A stretch of DNA of 64,000 bases from a virus. The number at the start of each line of letters is the position of its first letter. The first letter of the stretch is position 1. The DNA is taken from the IMG/VR virus record IMGVR_UViG_3300043446_000899, positions 9,159 to 73,158 of that record; one strand, written 5' to 3'. Shown here one piece after another: positions 41,654 to 49,619 of the stretch. The position numbers and the translations under genes are program-made. The notes beneath the pieces are model-generated. The model worked only from the letters and a program-made list of their open reading frames with translations. It was not told the DNA's origin and did no database searches.

Positions 41654-41996
41654 ATGTAGTTCTTGGTTTAAGTTGGTTTATTTGCACTATTGTCTTTTCT
41701 AATGTGACAATAGAAGACTTTCTCTTTTGTTCAGACGTATTAACATCATTTATAATACGTTCCATTGCAGCTTTCTTAGCTTGTAGCTTATCTATTTTCT
41801 TTCCAGCCTTCTTTAGGTTGAAGAAGAGCTTTCCAAATCCAGAAATTTCTATGCTGTTATTTAAGTCCATTGCCTCATTGGCAGATTGGAACTGATGATT
41901 TACCACCGTCTCAATTACTTTCTCAGAAACCATCATCTTAACAGCTAGTGTCCTGACTAGGTAATCCTTCACTGACATTGAGATTGGCTTATCCAT
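41643..41996 (-). CDS. hypothetical basic protein (117 aa)
   Basis: Lys-rich ORF. Confidence 0.4.
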   Translation of the reverse strand: MDKPISMSVKDYLVRTLAVKMMVSEKVIETVVNHQFQSANEAMDLNNSIEISGFGKLFFNLKKAGKKIDKLQAKKAAMERIINDVNTSEQKRKSSIVTLEKTIVQINQLKPRTTYED

Positions 41997-42351
41997 GGCT
42001 CACCGTTATTTGTAAGACGATGTCCTTCTCAAAGTCTAGTATGATGACTGGGTTGACCTTCACCTTGGTACCGTCCTTGACAAACACCCCAATCTTCTTT
42101 AGCTTGGAGATGATGTTGTTGATGGTTGGGGGCGAGCTTTTGTACTTCTCACAGAACTCAGCACGAATGTTGGCATAGGAGATGTTACCTTTGATGGCTG
42201 TGAAAGCAATCAACTGCACCTCACGTTCTGTCAATCCAAGACCATTCACAGCTGACAGTATATGATAGTACTTCTCAGCCACAGCGTAGGAATCCCCCAC
42301 TGGTCTCTTCATCTTCTGAACAATTAGCCTCTTGTTTTCTGTTGGTTCCAT
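41989..42351 (-). CDS. hypothetical protein (120 aa) with elevated GC relative to neighbours; first gene of the leftward arm
   Basis: Local GC ~43-45% against ~33% around it. Preceded by the Bacteroidota-type promoter. Confidence 0.45.
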   Translation of the reverse strand: MEPTENKRLIVQKMKRPVGDSYAVAEKYYHILSAVNGLGLTEREVQLIAFTAIKGNISYANIRAEFCEKYKSSPPTINNIISKLKKIGVFVKDGTKVKVNPVIILDFEKDIVLQITVSHG

Positions 42352-42363
42352 AATTAGTTAAAG

Positions 42364-42394
42364 CAAAGGTATGTATATTCCTTTGATTCTCAAA
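42364..42394 (-). promoter_or_regulatory. Bacteroidota-type sigma-A promoter (TTTG-N19-TACCTTTG) for the leftward arm
   Basis: Minus strand reads TTTG agaatcaaaggaatataca TACCTTTG, with the -7 element ending 11 nt before the ATG of the gene at 42351. Confidence 0.4.
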
Positions 42395-42517
42395 TAACTA
42401 TTTTAGTTATCTAGAATAGGAATGCTATATTATGCACTATTTTTATAACCTATATAGTTATAACCCTAAAATTGTACATACTATATAAGCTGTTTAGATA
42501 AGTGGTGATTCTTAGGA

Positions 42518-42536
42518 CCCCCCCTAAATCCCCCCC
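42518..42536. repeat. two C7 homopolymer tracts separated by TAAAT
   Basis: ggaCCCCCCCtaaatCCCCCCCaaag within an otherwise AT-rich control region. Confidence 0.5.
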
Positions 42537-42799
42537 AAAGTTACAAAGACTTTTTTGAAACTACCAAATTTATTTTCTGCAAGGGATTATAATTCCGGTA
42601 CAGCACCATATTATAACATCCCTTATAAGGAACAACTTAAGGCTATGATGGGTCATATAAGTCAAGTTATAGGTTTACTATTTACTGTATATAGTAAAGA
42701 CATAGCTTGACAAACCAGGAAGCAAAAAGCTGCCAAAACAGGAAGTGACTGGAGCCATGGTTCCACGTGGAACAATTTCTAAAATTTTTTTTCCAATGC

Positions 42800-42883
42800 C
42801 TATACCCCCCATGTTGATGGGAGAGGAGGCTACTCCTACCAGATACCCCACCTGTGAATTGAGAAGTTGGGGATACCCCTCCT
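42800..42883 (+). promoter_or_regulatory. three direct repeats (T/G)ATACCCC-NN-(A/C)TG upstream of the first rightward gene (operator/promoter candidates)
   Basis: TATACCCCCCATG (~42800), GATACCCCACCTG (42841), GATACCCCTCCTG (42871). Spacings of 41 and 30 bp. Confidence 0.4.
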
Positions 42884-42956
42884 GATCGTTGACAATACAA
42901 TCAAATTACAATTAAACAAAAAACCTTATGGTGTTTAGGTCAACCAACCAATTATT

Positions 42957-43397
42957 ATGGCTTTACCACAATTCCAAGCTTACCAAAGACAAGCAACCGC
43001 TACTACATTAGTTAATAACGGTACTGTAAGAGACTTAATGACTGAGAAAGGTGCATTAGGTTTGATTCCATCTAACTTAAAGCGTGAGACTAAGTTGAAT
43101 GCTAAGGGCGAAATGGTTTACAATCGTGTCTTAGTGTTAGTGTACAATGGCAAGATTGCTGAAAATGGACAACCTGAGTCTATCAGCATTAGTTGTTCTG
43201 AGTCTGTTAGTAGAGACTTAAGAGCTAAGAACATCACATTATCTGAGTTAGCAGACTATTCCATCTTAGAAGATGAGAATGGAATCAATTACATCAGTAT
43301 GCCAGGAACAGGTGTTGTTAAGTACAATGCTTCTGAATTGAAGACTGTTGCTGTTAGTACAAAAGCAACTAACTATCAAGACTTAATTGCATTGTAA
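42957..43397 (+). CDS. hypothetical protein (146 aa), first rightward gene, followed by a strong terminator
   Basis: ORF followed by the terminator at 43410-43445. Confidence 0.6.
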   Translation: MALPQFQAYQRQATATTLVNNGTVRDLMTEKGALGLIPSNLKRETKLNAKGEMVYNRVLVLVYNGKIAENGQPESISISCSESVSRDLRAKNITLSELADYSILEDENGINYISMPGTGVVKYNASELKTVAVSTKATNYQDLIAL

Positions 43398-43409
43398 TTA
43401 GTTAATTAA

Positions 43410-43445
43410 CAAGGGGATAGAGCAATCTATCTCCTTGTTTTTATA
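43410..43445 (+). terminator. rho-independent terminator
   Basis: AAGGGGATAGAG-caat-CTATCTCCTT followed by GTTTTTAT. Confidence 0.55.
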
Positions 43446-43624
43446 CATAGGGTGGGCATATGATACATATATAGGGTTGGGCTTTTAAAAACACACTGAT
43501 AATCAACACTTTAATGTAAGTGTGAGAATAGGTGTGTGACCATAGATAGGTTATCACAGTAAAAATATACATTCATCAATCATGCTATACAATTAAATAT
43601 ATATAGCATTAAATACACAATCAC

Positions 43625-43855
43625 ATGAACTTAATCAAACACCTTGCAAACATTTTTGCACTATGGACTATACCATATGTTATAGTCTTATTCTTTATGC
43701 TTATTACAGGATTTGCTTTCACTTATAGTGAAGCTGTACGTTCTGAGGTGTTCATTGTCGTGTCGTTCTTCTACAATGTATTATCATTCATTACATATGT
43801 AGCATTGGGACATGATGAGGAATTTGATTCCATTAAAGTATTTAAAACCAAGTAA
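43625..43855 (+). CDS. small membrane protein (76 aa, two predicted TM helices)
   Basis: Hydrophobic stretches LANIFALWTIPYVIVLFFMLITGFAF and FIVVSFFYNVLSFITYVAL. Confidence 0.5.
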   Translation: MNLIKHLANIFALWTIPYVIVLFFMLITGFAFTYSEAVRSEVFIVVSFFYNVLSFITYVALGHDEEFDSIKVFKTK

Positions 43856-43857
43856 TT

Positions 43858-44019
43858 ATGAAAAAGCAATTACCTACATTACTAGCATGGTTCTTTGCTA
43901 CACTATTAATTATAGTGTTAATGTCATCATGCACAGTTATTAAGACTACATGTCCTTCAACAGATCCACAATTCTGGTACAAGCAAGCACATGTTAAACC
44001 ACATTATTACAAGCGTTAG
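43858..44019 (+). CDS. small lipoprotein-like ORF (53 aa; signal peptide ending ...LMSSC), not in the ORF track
   Basis: ATG 2 nt after the preceding stop. Translates MKKQLPTLLAWFFATLLIIVLMSSCTVIKTTCPSTDPQFWYKQAHVKPHYYKR. Confidence 0.35.
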   Translation: MKKQLPTLLAWFFATLLIIVLMSSCTVIKTTCPSTDPQFWYKQAHVKPHYYKR

Positions 44020-44112
44020 TATATTCTTTTAGTTATTAGCCTTTAGCGTACCAAAGGTAAGAATATACATTATTACAGGAGTTTATCTGTTCTACTTCAT
44101 TGAATAGAGGCT

Positions 44113-44139
44113 TTATGGTGAGGCCAAACCATATCTTTT
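44113..44139 (+). terminator. candidate terminator hairpin
   Basis: TATGGT-gaggccaa-ACCATA followed by TCTTTTT. Confidence 0.3.
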
Positions 44140-44181
44140 TACACAACACATTGATTATTAATCTATTAACACACATCGTTT

Positions 44182-44421
44182 ATGAAAAAATTTGAATTAC
44201 TACTTGGCATCTTTATGATTGTCATAACAACATCGTTGGATATACTATTTCCAATGATTGTTCCATTTAGTGCTAGTAATCTAGCATTGATATGTATATT
44301 ATCTGCAATAGGATATATGACTGGCTATTTGCTAGTTGATAGTCATATCTGCAGAGTTGAAACACATTATTATGTCAAAGGATATAATGATGGATTAGAA
44401 GACGCACATTTAAATAAATAA
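44182..44421 (+). CDS. small membrane protein (79 aa, two TM helices)
   Basis: LLLGIFMIVITTSLDILFPMIV and LALICILSAIGYMTGYLLV. Confidence 0.5.
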   Translation: MKKFELLLGIFMIVITTSLDILFPMIVPFSASNLALICILSAIGYMTGYLLVDSHICRVETHYYVKGYNDGLEDAHLNK

Positions 44422-44426
44422 AACAA

Positions 44427-44834
44427 ATGAAACACACATTTTACAAAGAAAACGGATTATGGTATATTGATTTACCAGAGTTCTTAGAAGCAGGTTTAGG
44501 CACTACAGCTAATTTATTAATGGTAGATGGTGCTGATACATTCTTAGACTATTTATCTAATAATGGTAATAGAGTGTCTATTGAAATGGACGTAAAGCCA
44601 TTTGATGGTCATACACATACATTAAACAAAATTGATATGGGTAAGAACCAATCATTATTAGATGCAATTGGTCATGCACCAGTTGATTACGGTGCGTATT
44701 ACTCTGTACCTGAGCACAACAATCACCATTTGTGGTTGTGTCCTGTAACAGAATATGTATTTGGTGGAAACTATCCAGATAACATTTACATTCAAGTAGT
44801 ACCAAGATTTAACCTAACTAAGAACCCACAATAA
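44427..44834 (+). CDS. hypothetical protein (135 aa)
   Basis: ORF 5 nt after the previous gene. Confidence 0.5.
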   Translation: MKHTFYKENGLWYIDLPEFLEAGLGTTANLLMVDGADTFLDYLSNNGNRVSIEMDVKPFDGHTHTLNKIDMGKNQSLLDAIGHAPVDYGAYYSVPEHNNHHLWLCPVTEYVFGGNYPDNIYIQVVPRFNLTKNPQ

Positions 44835-44843
44835 TATAGCATT

Positions 44844-45095
44844 ATGAAAGAAGTTATCGTATTAGGGGCAAAGATTATGCCCATGAATGAAATCATTGAA
44901 CAGCTTGAAGAAGCAATAGCTGAATACAAGCTTGATGATTCTAATAAGAAGGCTGAAGGAGCAATTGTTTTATTCTCACAGATGTTTGCATTAAAATGTC
45001 TATTGGATAGAGGTGAATCTGTATCATCTATACTAGCAGGACTAGAAGGTGAAGATAGTTTACCAAGCATGTTAAAACGTATGTCTAAAAACTAA
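44844..45095 (+). CDS. hypothetical protein (83 aa)
   Basis: ORF in the early region. Confidence 0.45.
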   Translation: MKEVIVLGAKIMPMNEIIEQLEEAIAEYKLDDSNKKAEGAIVLFSQMFALKCLLDRGESVSSILAGLEGEDSLPSMLKRMSKN

Positions 45096-45305
45096 CAATT
45101 AATAGTTATGAAAACAATACAACTAACTCCTCAAGAATTCTATATATTTAAAGTGGTAGCAAAGTTTAAATATAGGATACAAAGAATTAAACACACATCA
45201 GTCTTCATAGAGGCTGATACAAAAGATTTGGCTTTAATAGGTTATTAGATGTGTGTGTGTTGGTAAATATAGGGCTCAGCTTCCCCCAGCTGGGTCCTTA
45301 TTTAT

Positions 45306-45932
45306 TTGTTATTCATTATTAAAAATACGAATATGTTTATAAGAGCAAAACTAGTGTTTGAATCCTATCTACCTGAAGAACTACAACCAGGTATGTGGTT
45401 TAAACAACAAATCACAGACACAATATATGGTAAAAGATATACATATGATAGAATCTTTCAATTGTTTCACAAACCACAAGACCCAGATGCATATATAGCA
45501 GAAAATGGTTGTCCTGTTAATCCTATCATTGTGTCCATCACAGCTAATGCTGATGCAAGAGCAGAAGTGCTAGCTTATCCTTATCAAATAGGTTGGTGGG
45601 ATGATGGACCTGATTCTGATGAGCTTAGAGATATAGAGCTCAAAGATATCAATACGATATTATCAGACTATGAAGGTGAATTGGATATAGAAGTGGTTGA
45701 TGAAGCTATGGAAGATGATCTAGCTGTTCCTATAATATATATGGACAAGGTAACAATCAGATTACCATGGGATGAAGATGATTACTTGTATGAGCAAGAT
45801 GATTATCCTGAAGACGAAGAAGATTGGGATGACATAGATGATTGGACTCATGATGAACCAGACACAGACAGTGCAGGTTTTACATCAGAAGATAGATGTC
45901 CAAGATATGATTCTGATCATGAGACAGAATAA
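45306..45932 (+). CDS. hypothetical protein (208 aa) with strongly acidic C-terminal half
   Basis: DEDDYLYEQDDYPEDEEDWDDIDDWTHDEPDTD. Confidence 0.5.
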   Translation: MLFIIKNTNMFIRAKLVFESYLPEELQPGMWFKQQITDTIYGKRYTYDRIFQLFHKPQDPDAYIAENGCPVNPIIVSITANADARAEVLAYPYQIGWWDDGPDSDELRDIELKDINTILSDYEGELDIEVVDEAMEDDLAVPIIYMDKVTIRLPWDEDDYLYEQDDYPEDEEDWDDIDDWTHDEPDTDSAGFTSEDRCPRYDSDHETE

Positions 45933-45963
45933 TCAAATTAATTAATCTCTAATTAAACCAATT

Positions 45964-46203
45964 ATGAAAAAGGTATTAGATTTATTGTACAAAGACAAAG
46001 CTCCTGAAGACAGACCAAAGATATGTGTAATCAAAACAAAATCTACTGTCATGCCAGATGAGCAATTGACTTATGAACAATGGGCTGCTGAATACAGGGT
46101 TGGTATTGCTTGGTACAATAACGGATCAACAGATAACGCTCACAACATGATGAGTCTGTATGATGATGCAGCTATGTCTGAGCATATAAAGAACAAGAAA
46201 TAA
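45964..46203 (+). CDS. hypothetical protein (79 aa)
   Basis: ORF. Confidence 0.45.
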   Translation: MKKVLDLLYKDKAPEDRPKICVIKTKSTVMPDEQLTYEQWAAEYRVGIAWYNNGSTDNAHNMMSLYDDAAMSEHIKNKK

Positions 46204-46243
46204 ATAACAAATCTAGAAAACAAAAAGTCAAAACACAGAAAGC

Positions 46244-46975
46244 ATGAAAATTCAAACTTTAACAAAAAACAGCAAACAGTCATTCTCTTATTTAGCAGGT
46301 ATTAATAGACCTATTAATCCTTCTCAAGTGACTAAATTAGCAAATTCAGTAAACAAGATGGGCATCATTAGACCAGTTGTAATATCTGAGTTAGCATTTA
46401 TTGATGGTAAGAAGAAACCATATATCATTGATGGTCAACACTTATTCAATGCATTGATTAGAAATAATATGGATATTCCATACGTATCAATTGATATAAA
46501 GGATAAAAAAGAGTTAGTAGAGAAGATTGCATTGTTAAATGCATCATCTAAAAACTGGGCAATGGTTGATTATGTAACAGCATGGGCATCATTAGTGCCT
46601 GATTATGTTAAGTTAAATCATTATTTCCAAGTGTATGATTTTGAAATCAGTTTTCTTGCAGGAGTATTATTAACTCTTCCAAGTGCTGATACAGGATCTG
46701 CAGGTAGAAAGATTAAATCAGGTGAGTTCAGAATCTCAAATGAGAAAGAGAATGTACAAATCCTTGATTATGTTACAGACATGTTAAAAGTTGTTCCTAG
46801 AATGAACAGATTTGAGAATAAATATGCTTGTTCAGAGTATGTTAAGTTCTTGAGAGTGACTAAAAACTATAATCACAAGAAGTTCATATCAAATCTAGAG
46901 AAGAACAAGAAACAGTTTGTAATGGCTACACATGAAGAAGGTAAATTGTCTGAATTGTTCACAAAATTAAAATAA
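46244..46975 (+). CDS. ParB-N/DGQHR-like domain protein (243 aa)
   Basis: PYIIDGQHLFNALIRN resembles the ParB/Srx/DndB-type DGQHR core, with the Arg replaced by Leu. Confidence 0.4.
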   Translation: MKIQTLTKNSKQSFSYLAGINRPINPSQVTKLANSVNKMGIIRPVVISELAFIDGKKKPYIIDGQHLFNALIRNNMDIPYVSIDIKDKKELVEKIALLNASSKNWAMVDYVTAWASLVPDYVKLNHYFQVYDFEISFLAGVLLTLPSADTGSAGRKIKSGEFRISNEKENVQILDYVTDMLKVVPRMNRFENKYACSEYVKFLRVTKNYNHKKFISNLEKNKKQFVMATHEEGKLSELFTKLK

Positions 46976-46981
46976 CAACAC

Positions 46982-47218
46982 ATGGCAACATTAATTTATT
47001 CCACTAGAATGCATTCAAGAGATAGTATTCTTACTTATGATCCAATGGCTGGTATAGATCATGCTATTGATAAGCTAATTGATACAGTATTTAACAGACC
47101 AACTACAGCTGCTGCAGCTAACAGATTGGTGATCCAAAATGGACGCTACATGTATACACCATCAAATGAGTATACAAAAGTTAAATCAAGATTTATCAGA
47201 GCAAAATTCAATAGATAA
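46982..47218 (+). CDS. hypothetical protein (78 aa)
   Basis: ORF. Confidence 0.4.
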   Translation: MATLIYSTRMHSRDSILTYDPMAGIDHAIDKLIDTVFNRPTTAAAANRLVIQNGRYMYTPSNEYTKVKSRFIRAKFNR

Positions 47219-47337
47219 TGATATATTTAGTTATCTTTGTTCTATTTTCAATCATCATTTGGATGTCCTATGAATTTCATAGGGCTCCAATGATGGATGA
47301 AGATGGTAACATCATCAACAAGAAAAAATAAGACTTT

Positions 47338-47755
47338 GGGGGTGTATTGGATTTGATCCACATGAGATGGGTAGTATCACATGCAAGCCTTGGAACAGGT
47401 AAACAAGTTCTAAACAATAACCGTAAAGAGTCAATCTGAGCGTGTTGCAGAAGGAGCTAGCATCATTGCTATGGCCTTCGCTTCTGAGGTAGCAGTAGCT
47501 GCCTAAGGCAACTGGGTGGTAACAACCTGGAAACAGAAAGTTACAAGAGTTTTCTCTGTAGTCATATAAACAGAGTGGTGGTAGAAAGCAGACCCTGCGA
47601 TCCCATTACGGTGCAAATACTTGTCTTAACAGACGGATGGAGAAACAGAAGGATAAAAGTTACTAACCACACCCTTCAGTATTAGTACTAAGCATGTAAG
47701 AACGGTATTACGTATACTTGTGGAGACAGGGGTTCAACTCCCCTCACCTCCACCA
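47338..47755 (+). ncRNA. ssrA: tmRNA (ssrA-like), phage-encoded; tag reading frame ~47447-47506 ending ...ASEVAVAA-stop
   Basis: 5' GGGGGUG-UAUU-GGAUUUGAUCC (cf. E. coli GGGGCUG-AUUCU-GGAUUCGAC). 3' GGGGUUCAACUCCCC-U-CACCUCC-ACCA with an encoded CCA. A 7-bp acceptor stem with one G.U pair. ~418 nt ORF-free gap between protein genes. Internal frame GCA GAA GGA ... GUA GCU GCC UAA. Confidence 0.55.
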
Positions 47756-47782
47756 ATTTTAAACAATTAAACAAACACAAAC

Positions 47783-48094
47783 ATGGCAAAAAGTAAACTT
47801 CCAGCACTTAAAGATTTAAGTGGCTATTTCTTTATGGCAATCCAAGGTGAAAACATAGAAATCATAATGCATGATAATACACCTAGAAACGCAGCAATTG
47901 GTGCAGCATTGGCTACAGTAATGCAAGATGATGATAAGTTTTTTGATCTAATGAGTGCTGCATTATTAACAGTTATTGAAAGAAAAGAAAAAGATTCTAA
48001 TTGGGAAAGAGTAAAATTTTCTCAAAAAGAGAAATCTATTTCTAAAAAGAGCAATATAGTGCCTAAGAAAACAGCATCTAAGCCTAAGAAATAA
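47783..48094 (+). CDS. hypothetical protein with Lys-rich C-terminus (103 aa)
   Basis: ORF. Confidence 0.45.
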   Translation: MAKSKLPALKDLSGYFFMAIQGENIEIIMHDNTPRNAAIGAALATVMQDDDKFFDLMSAALLTVIERKEKDSNWERVKFSQKEKSISKKSNIVPKKTASKPKK

Positions 48095-48111
48095 ATATTA
48101 GATTTGGTAGT

Positions 48112-48717
48112 GTGAAATATATTTCATATATTTGTAGCATGAATCAATATTTAATATATGGACTTAGATGTCCCAAAACAGATGACTACAAATATATAGG
48201 TAAAAGTAGTTCAGGATTAGAAAGAGCCAAAGCTCATTTAACGTATTCACATAATGAATCAGTGAATCATTGGGTAGCTGAGTTAAGAGAGCAAGGTTTT
48301 TGTCCTTTAATAGATGTACTTGAAGAGTGTTTAGAAGAAGATTTGCAGATAAAAGAGCACTTCTGGATACAATATTATACAGCTAGAGGATGTAAGCTAA
48401 TGAATTCTATATTCTATAGAGGTGCAGCGATAGAAAAACTTGAACAACAAGTTGCTGAAGCTCAGAAAGAATTAGATGCAACATTAAATAAAGTGCTTGA
48501 CACTATTAATGAACTACGCACTATTAATGGCTTTATCAAACATATAAGAAAGACAAGAGGCTTAACACAGCAAGATTTATCAGAGATGGCTGGTATTACA
48601 TCAAGAACATTAACTGATATTGAGCTAGGAAAAGGCAATCCTTCTTATGCTACTATTGAGAAGCTATTAGATATATTGGGATATAAATTAACACCAACAT
48701 TAAAAAACTCAGTATAA
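48112..48717 (+). CDS. GIY-YIG nuclease domain fused to an XRE-type HTH (homing-endonuclease-like or regulator)
   Basis: YLIYGLRCPKTDDYKYIGKSS...RAKAH matches the GIY-x10-YIG-...R...H pattern. C-terminal LTQQDLSEMAGITSRTLTDIELGKGNPSYATIEKLLDILG matches an XRE HTH. Confidence 0.55.
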   Translation: MKYISYICSMNQYLIYGLRCPKTDDYKYIGKSSSGLERAKAHLTYSHNESVNHWVAELREQGFCPLIDVLEECLEEDLQIKEHFWIQYYTARGCKLMNSIFYRGAAIEKLEQQVAEAQKELDATLNKVLDTINELRTINGFIKHIRKTRGLTQQDLSEMAGITSRTLTDIELGKGNPSYATIEKLLDILGYKLTPTLKNSV

Positions 48718-48772
48718 ATACTTAATGATACATTATTGTATTTAAGTAATTTTGTACAAAAACAAATAACCT

Positions 48773-49012
48773 ATGAAAACAGCAATGCAAGAATTGATAG
48801 AAGATTTGTCAAATAATATGGTTATATCAATATTTGAAAGACTTGAAAGGGAAGGAATGTTTATTAAAGCACTTGAAAAAGAAAAAGAGCAGATAATAAA
48901 TGCTTATGAAGATGGATATGAGGCTTGTGATATGGATGAAGTTATGGAAGTAAATAAAAAGCTAACAAGCGGAGATTTATATTACAATATGAATTATAAC
49001 CAAAACAAATAA
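48773..49012 (+). CDS. small protein, paralogue A (79 aa, MKTAMQELIE...NQNK)
   Basis: N-terminus and the EKEKEQI core are shared with the next ORF. Confidence 0.5.
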   Translation: MKTAMQELIEDLSNNMVISIFERLEREGMFIKALEKEKEQIINAYEDGYEACDMDEVMEVNKKLTSGDLYYNMNYNQNK

Positions 49013-49015
49013 CCT

Positions 49016-49228
49016 ATGAAAACAGCAATGCAAGAACTAATTGAGTTATTAGAACTTAATACAACAAACGAGCCTTTACCACATTTGATTGATGTTATTA
49101 AAGAGGTTTATATTGAAAAAGAAAAAGAGCAGATACAAGAATGGTATGCAAAAGGTTGGGAAGAAGCTACAAAAATTGGTATTGAAGAATCACATAAATA
49201 CCAAGATTTAATTAACCAAAACAAATAA
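49016..49228 (+). CDS. small protein, paralogue B (70 aa, MKTAMQELIE...NQNK)
   Basis: Paralogous to the ORF at 48773..49012. Confidence 0.5.
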   Translation: MKTAMQELIELLELNTTNEPLPHLIDVIKEVYIEKEKEQIQEWYAKGWEEATKIGIEESHKYQDLINQNK

Positions 49229-49231
49229 CCT

Positions 49232-49387
49232 ATGAAATGTTATGTAGTAGTATCTTGCAGTATAAATGAAGGATATTATTTTAATAATTCTTATGTCTTT
49301 AAAAACAAAATGGATGCTGAAAAGTATATTGAACAATTAGACAGTGAAGATACTTTTGATATAGTAGAATTAAATTTTATTGATTAA
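49232..49387 (+). CDS. small ORF (51 aa) preceded by the same junction repeat; not in the track
   Basis: MKCYVVVSCSINEGYYFNNSYVFKNKMDAEKYIEQLDSEDTFDIVELNFID. Confidence 0.35.
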   Translation: MKCYVVVSCSINEGYYFNNSYVFKNKMDAEKYIEQLDSEDTFDIVELNFID

Positions 49388-49400
49388 AAACAAATAACCT

Positions 49401-49619
49401 ATGAAATGGGAAATAACAAATAATAGACCAAACCTTGGTGATGTTAGATTCAAAACTAGATTTGCATTCCTTCCAACACGTGTTCTTAGCAAGTTAACAA
49501 TGACTGATCATTGGATATGGTTAGAATTATATGTTGCTGAGCAAGTGTACTCTTCATGTAATGATGGATGGGACTATTGGGAAGAGTGGAAAACTGTAGC
49601 TAAAACAATACACATATGA
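49401..49619 (+). CDS. hypothetical protein (72 aa)
   Basis: ORF with the junction repeat at its start. Confidence 0.45.
   Translation: MKWEITNNRPNLGDVRFKTRFAFLPTRVLSKLTMTDHWIWLELYVAEQVYSSCNDGWDYWEEWKTVAKTIHI

Larger units (their letters stand above)
48757..49410 (+). repeat. four copies of the junction AAAACAAATAACCTATGAAA at the starts of four consecutive small genes
   Basis: Copies at ~48757-48776, 48998-49019, 49214-49235 and 49383-49404. The first and fourth copies lie outside the NQNK-stop coding context yet remain identical. Confidence 0.6.

Noticed and set aside
47338-47755. Possibility that the tmRNA-like element is a prophage attachment site within a host ssrA gene
   Set aside because: Both the 5' and 3' halves and the tag frame are present. 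No integrase, repressor or host flank is in the window. Phage genes continue on both sides.
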